In this document: piece by piece, positions 59,100-64,000 of the stretch
How the letters are laid out: each line of letters opens with the position of its first letter
Position numbering within the stretch: position 1 is the first letter of the stretch
From: Tubulanus polymorphus
Lineage: Eukaryota > Animalia > Nemertea
Assembly (NCBI RefSeq): GCF_964204645.1
Contig: NC_134025.1
Coordinates: 12,214,001-12,278,000, forward strand
Length of the DNA: 64,000 nucleotides
Reading direction: 5' to 3'
Notes under the pieces: generated by a model
The model's database searches: none
What the model saw: only the letters and a program-made list of their open reading frames with translations
Told to the model about the DNA's origin: nothing
Position numbers and translations under genes: made by a program

Positions 59100-62000
59100 T
59101 TAAAGGAAATTTAATAATAAATGTGGACTTTTGTTCGGACGAGTGGATGAATACCTTTCGTCATTCCTTTGTTGTTCGCTAATTTGCAGGCAATCCTCGA
59201 TAGTCTGTGGTAAATTCCTCGCGGTTGTTTCCGGCAGTAATAACGAAAACAACCCGGCCAGATACGCCAGTGTTCCAAACGTCACCAGAGGAACGACCGG
59301 TGCGTACTTCCCCGATAATGTTGAACCCTGGAAATATATGCAACGGAAAATATACCGATCATTCCAAATGGATGAGATCATCTTTTAAAGGTAGAAAAAA
59401 GCAGGAAACCGTATCTAGACACCGTATCTAGAATATGAGGCCACACAAAGAAATATCCTAGTTTCTCTTCAGATTATTTTCTGGAAAGTGACGAGGTCGG
59501 GCGAATTTCATTTTTATTGCTTTTTTGAAATGAGAAAGTTTGAATAAAAAGTTCAACCTGAGACTTATAGAACAGACGAGGGAGGGAAGTTTTTTTTACC
59601 AATGCCAAACAAATACCAGTTGCAGGTAGAACATATGCAAAAAAAGTTTATTGTAGCTCCCCAAAACCTATAAAATCAAACTATATCGACTCATTCAATC
59701 GGAACCGAGACAATCATTTTCACTATTTTCACGCTTCCTCGAAATGAAGTAAAAGGAAACGAACCTGGCGCTGTTTTTCGTCACCAAAAATCCGAATTAC
59801 TAGTGCGTCGAGGATGAGCATATAAATGCCCGCAGAATAAAACCACTGTCGTACACTATACAGCTACGCGGGCGAGCGGGTTTTAATTTTTATTTTAAAA
59901 AAGATGATTGATGCTTTGGCGATGCGGGTGAGCGCACTTTCCTTCTTGATTTTATTAGGGACATTTTTCATGACGCGGGCGGCATTTGAATTTCTTGAGA
60001 AACTAGGGTATTTCTTTGTGTGGTTTACGCGTAGCTTTTTTCAAAACATTATGATGGTCAAATGAATGTCTTCCGGTCGTTACTGAAATATGGCGATGCC
60101 GTCATTTTGGACAATGGGAAATGTGGCACTGGATTTGAGTGTCTAAACTATTTGGAACAATCTTAGCGACAAAAAGGAGAACATGAAAAAATGACGTCGG
60201 GTAACGTAGGCCAGTACGTACAAGCTCTGCGATGTATGGACCTGAGATACTTCCGAATCTAGCAAACATGGAACAGATACCCAACGTGGCATTTCTCGCA
60301 ACAGTTGGGTAAAGCTCCCCTGTGTACAGGTAAATGATCGAATATGCTGCAGAAGTGCCGAATTTTCCCAGCGTAGCCAAGGTCGTAATCAACCAGTACA
60401 TATCTGAAAATTAGATACAGTACTAAGTTAAGTTTTAGATTCATTTTTTAGATCGTATAAAGGTGATTATCGTATAAAGATGATTAAGGTTAATCTCGCA
60501 GTTTTGCAGTTTGAAACACAATACAATATAACTTAGTATCAAACTATGAGGGGAGGGACAATTTTCATGAAAGTGTCACCGAAGACGCTGCGATGTGTTC
60601 AAAGGGGTTAGGAGAATAAGGCGCAATCCACACTCGCAATAGGATCTGCAAAAGGGTTTGATTTTTCTGTACCTGTTTGGCTGAAAATACCAATGAACAT
60701 TGTACTGAGCAAAGACGCGCCGGCCATCAGCATGCTGAAACAATGCACTTTTTTCCGTCCGAACCGGTTCAGCGTCAGAATGACGATCACGTACGCCGGT
60801 GCCTCCACAACTCCGCTTATCAAAAGGTTTATGTAAACGTTACCTTTTCTCGTCCCGGAGTTCAGCGTTAAACCATAATAAGAACCGGAAATGACGAACC
60901 TATTCGTGTAAATATTCGAACTTCATTGACTAGTGATTCAAGACATTCAACAAAAATAATGAAATCAAAACAAAATGCCTGACATAAAGCCTGTGCCCAC
61001 ACTATCCCGGTTTTCCGAAAGGGAAATATTAGGGAAATAATGGAATAATTTGACAGGAAGTATTATGACCACCGTGACACCTCCTGTTAAATATAGCAGA
61101 CATTTTGGCCAATTCCGGAAACTCTGCTAAAGAAGCTCAGTTTAACATTTTTTTCTACTTATGAAAGTTTCAATCACCAATTAAACATCAATATCGTTGT
61201 CCTAATAGCAAGTCTCTTGTGCCTGAAAATACTGGTCAGCGGCACACTTCTACTAGACTCAGCAGGTTCACGATCATTTTTGGACAGCTGGAGACACCCA
61301 TTTGGGAATGACCGGCCATTCATAACCGCCGCCCGTCGCAGAATTTCTTCCGCTTCGTCTGCTTTTCCATGCGTAATTAGCCAATGTACCGATTCAGGTA
61401 TAAACCTAGAATGTCAAACAAGACTTATTGGACAGGTATTGTAAACGAAACCTGGATTCAATAAAATTTCCCACCACCAACATTGCGAACACGCAAGATT
61501 CTCAATCATTTTTTACACCACCCCTCAAAATTGAATACACCAGACAAAGACCCTAAATTCGTGACGTTAGGTGGGTATCCTTTATGATAGAGGCAGCTAG
61601 TGCCGAGATTCAATATCTTCTTCGCGTTGTCCTCAGGTCCGTAGCCAGTCATGTCTTTCTAACAATGGAACTATTTTCATGGAAGTAGAATTTTCTGCTA
61701 TGAGGCGTCCATGCAAATGTCTGGTCCTGGACGTTCTCGCGCCGAAAAGTTTTCAAAATTGGATGCCAAGAGAAATAATTTCACAATTTCTAGCATATTA
61801 GGGGTAGAAATTGGGCTTATTTTCCCTACAATTTGGCCTCCAATCATGTAAGTTGGGAAGCGTGTGCACATTTCGAACGAAAACGAATGAAATTATCGAG
61901 CTTTATAGAGCTTGCAAAAATAGAAAAAGATGTTGATGTTTCGAAAACGCCACTTTGTTGGCGAAATATGTATTTCAAAGGTCATTGAAGACTTCTAGGT

Positions 62001-63430
62001 AAGAAGTATCTAGATATTGATTTCTTTTTAAAGATAACTGCACGTATAACAGAGGTACAAACGTTTTACTATTTTGCTCCTATCGGTCGAAATGTGAATT
62101 AATTTGATATTTCATCGATTGCAATTCCATATAAAGTACCATAGAAGTGTTCTTTTATGTAAGTACCAAGGTTCATGGAAAGGACTGCGTTCGTGCAGTA
62201 AATATTAGTTTGTATACATTGTAGGATGGAACCATCAGAGAACTGTTTTATTTTTCTAGAAATAAACTACAATAAAGTCTTCTGACGTACATCTATGATT
62301 GAAATACCAAAGCAAAGTTCTGAAATTCTTTACCAATTGCGCTATGGGGACGCCGAAAAGTGTTGGACATATATCACTGAATGAAACGACTTGATATTGC
62401 ATCATTGCCGTTTTATTGTTCTTCCTATTGTTGTATTGCTTGGAGGTACAACCAGATATCCAGAAGGGGGTACGAGGTCAAATGACAGATCATTTCAAGT
62501 ACAAAATGTTTTCATCTTTTATAGTTATGGAACTAAGGTCGAAAAACCTCTTTTTGAAATTTGGGCCCCTTGACCCTGGCCCAAACGGATGGTCTGAGAA
62601 TATTGCCACCATTGCCAAAATAAACTTCAGGTTTGTTGGCTGTAACTTTCCCGATGATGTCGAGCTGAAACCTCAAAAATTCTCAAGCATTCTCTAACAC
62701 TCAACAACCTTTGCAACATGCTAAACTTATTGGAAAATGTAAAATTTCCCCTAGCAGAAGAACATTCTAACATTTCATTTGTGACCTTGAAGGAGCTGAA
62801 TAACTCCTGGAAATTTCATGAAGAACATTTAAGAATTGGCGGAGAAATTTCGAAATTATTGCGTGGTATAAAAGAATATATACCAATGAGAGAATAACGA
62901 TAGATTTTCTACAGAAAGGAAGAGATTGTTAAGATAAATATCAACGGGACACCGTCCTAGGTATGAAGGAACTCACCATAAAAAAGGAATTAGTAATGCC
63001 GATAAACAGGAAATTGCCGTTTGCAAATGTCGCCAATGAGTAATCCCATACGCTAGGGCAGATAGGACAACGTAACCTATTGAATACACGAGACAAATTC
63101 CAATACCTGTCACTGGTCTCTTCGAAGGACCTACCAATTCCATTCCTGTTTCAGAAATGACATATCATCGATTATGATTAGATTTGCATTTTTCAATTCA
63201 GTATTGGAACGACGTTGAATAACAATGCTATGGATCTAGGATCATCTTACTATACTTTGCTTAATCTCTACATACCCAGTACAAATATCGACGAATACAT
63301 GGCGTTGTTGCCCATCGCAGTTATACCCCTCAAAACTACGAAACTATATATTTCGGGAACCCATGCGGACATCAGGCCTGCAGCGCCTTGCAGTATTAAG
63401 CCAACTAGCACCATATTTTTTCGACCAAAC
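59100..63430 (-). CDS. Orct: SLC22 organic cation transporter-like MFS protein, 3' six exons: 63430-63276, 63145-62977, 61405-61178, 60899-60673, 60403-60222, 59327-59100; 5' exons outside the window
   Basis: FGRK, MELVGPSKR, FIPESVHWL, SYYGL, LNRFGRK, ELYPTVARN and LLLPET motifs. GT/AG sites with consistent phases. Confidence 0.92.
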
Positions 63431-64000
63431 CTTGAACATAGATTTGATGTTATTATTAATCATCACTAATGTATGACAAAATAAGAAATTCTTTGTTAAA
63501 GCGGGCCAAATGATTTGTTTTAGTTACAGCAGACTCCGGTAAAGGTCTATCCGGTAATCCGTTCGATTCGGTAAAATGAAAATAAGATTTCCGTTTACTA
63601 CCGTCTAATATCGTCTAGTCCGGTATCGCTCTATTCGGTAATCCGCCTTATCCAGTTAAATCTTGACTTCATTTCTGTTCATTCTGCACCTAAACCGTAA
63701 CGACTCATCACATACGGACTTACTTTACGTTATTACGTATTTGTGATTTTACAATAACTATTACTGTTATTACTATTACTGCACAATCGTGCCCTAACTT
63801 GGCCATATAGTTTCCATTACGAAACTGCATCGTGAGTAAACCGAGACGAAGGAAAACGTCAGGAATCTAAAAGAACGTAAAATGCTAAAAGGAATTGTTC
63901 GGATGTTTCGGTTGTTCAACCGGTAATCGCCTAATTTAGTATAAAAATGAAGGTCCCAACTTAACTGGTTAAGGGGGAGTCTACTCTACTTATTTTGGCG

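Overview
AT-rich, intron-containing eukaryotic DNA. The gene and repeat content suggests an invertebrate animal, but the species cannot be determined. About 1-27 kb is a dense transposon nest. It holds an intact RAG1/Transib-related DDE transposase ORF with a co-oriented two-exon chromodomain gene, remnants of CACTA, MULE, BEL/Pao, DIRS (tandemly duplicated) and copia elements, a complete gag-only Gypsy-type LTR element, Helentron-type repeats with internal satellites, and many MITEs. All recognisable TE coding fragments in this nest lie on the minus strand. About 28.9-32.2 kb is a mitochondrial ferredoxin (FDX1/adrenodoxin-like) gene with two duplicated, apparently mutually exclusive exons, one FDX1-type and one FDX2-type. 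About 36-55 kb is a tandem cluster of GT7 beta-1,4-GalNAc/Gal-transferases (3 intact, 1 chimeric pseudogene). About 59-63.4 kb is the 3' part of an SLC22 organic-cation-transporter-like gene on the minus strand. The top candidates for new biology are the RAG1-like transposase plus chromodomain pair and the FDX1/FDX2-switch exons. All exon and motif calls were made by eye, with no database searches.
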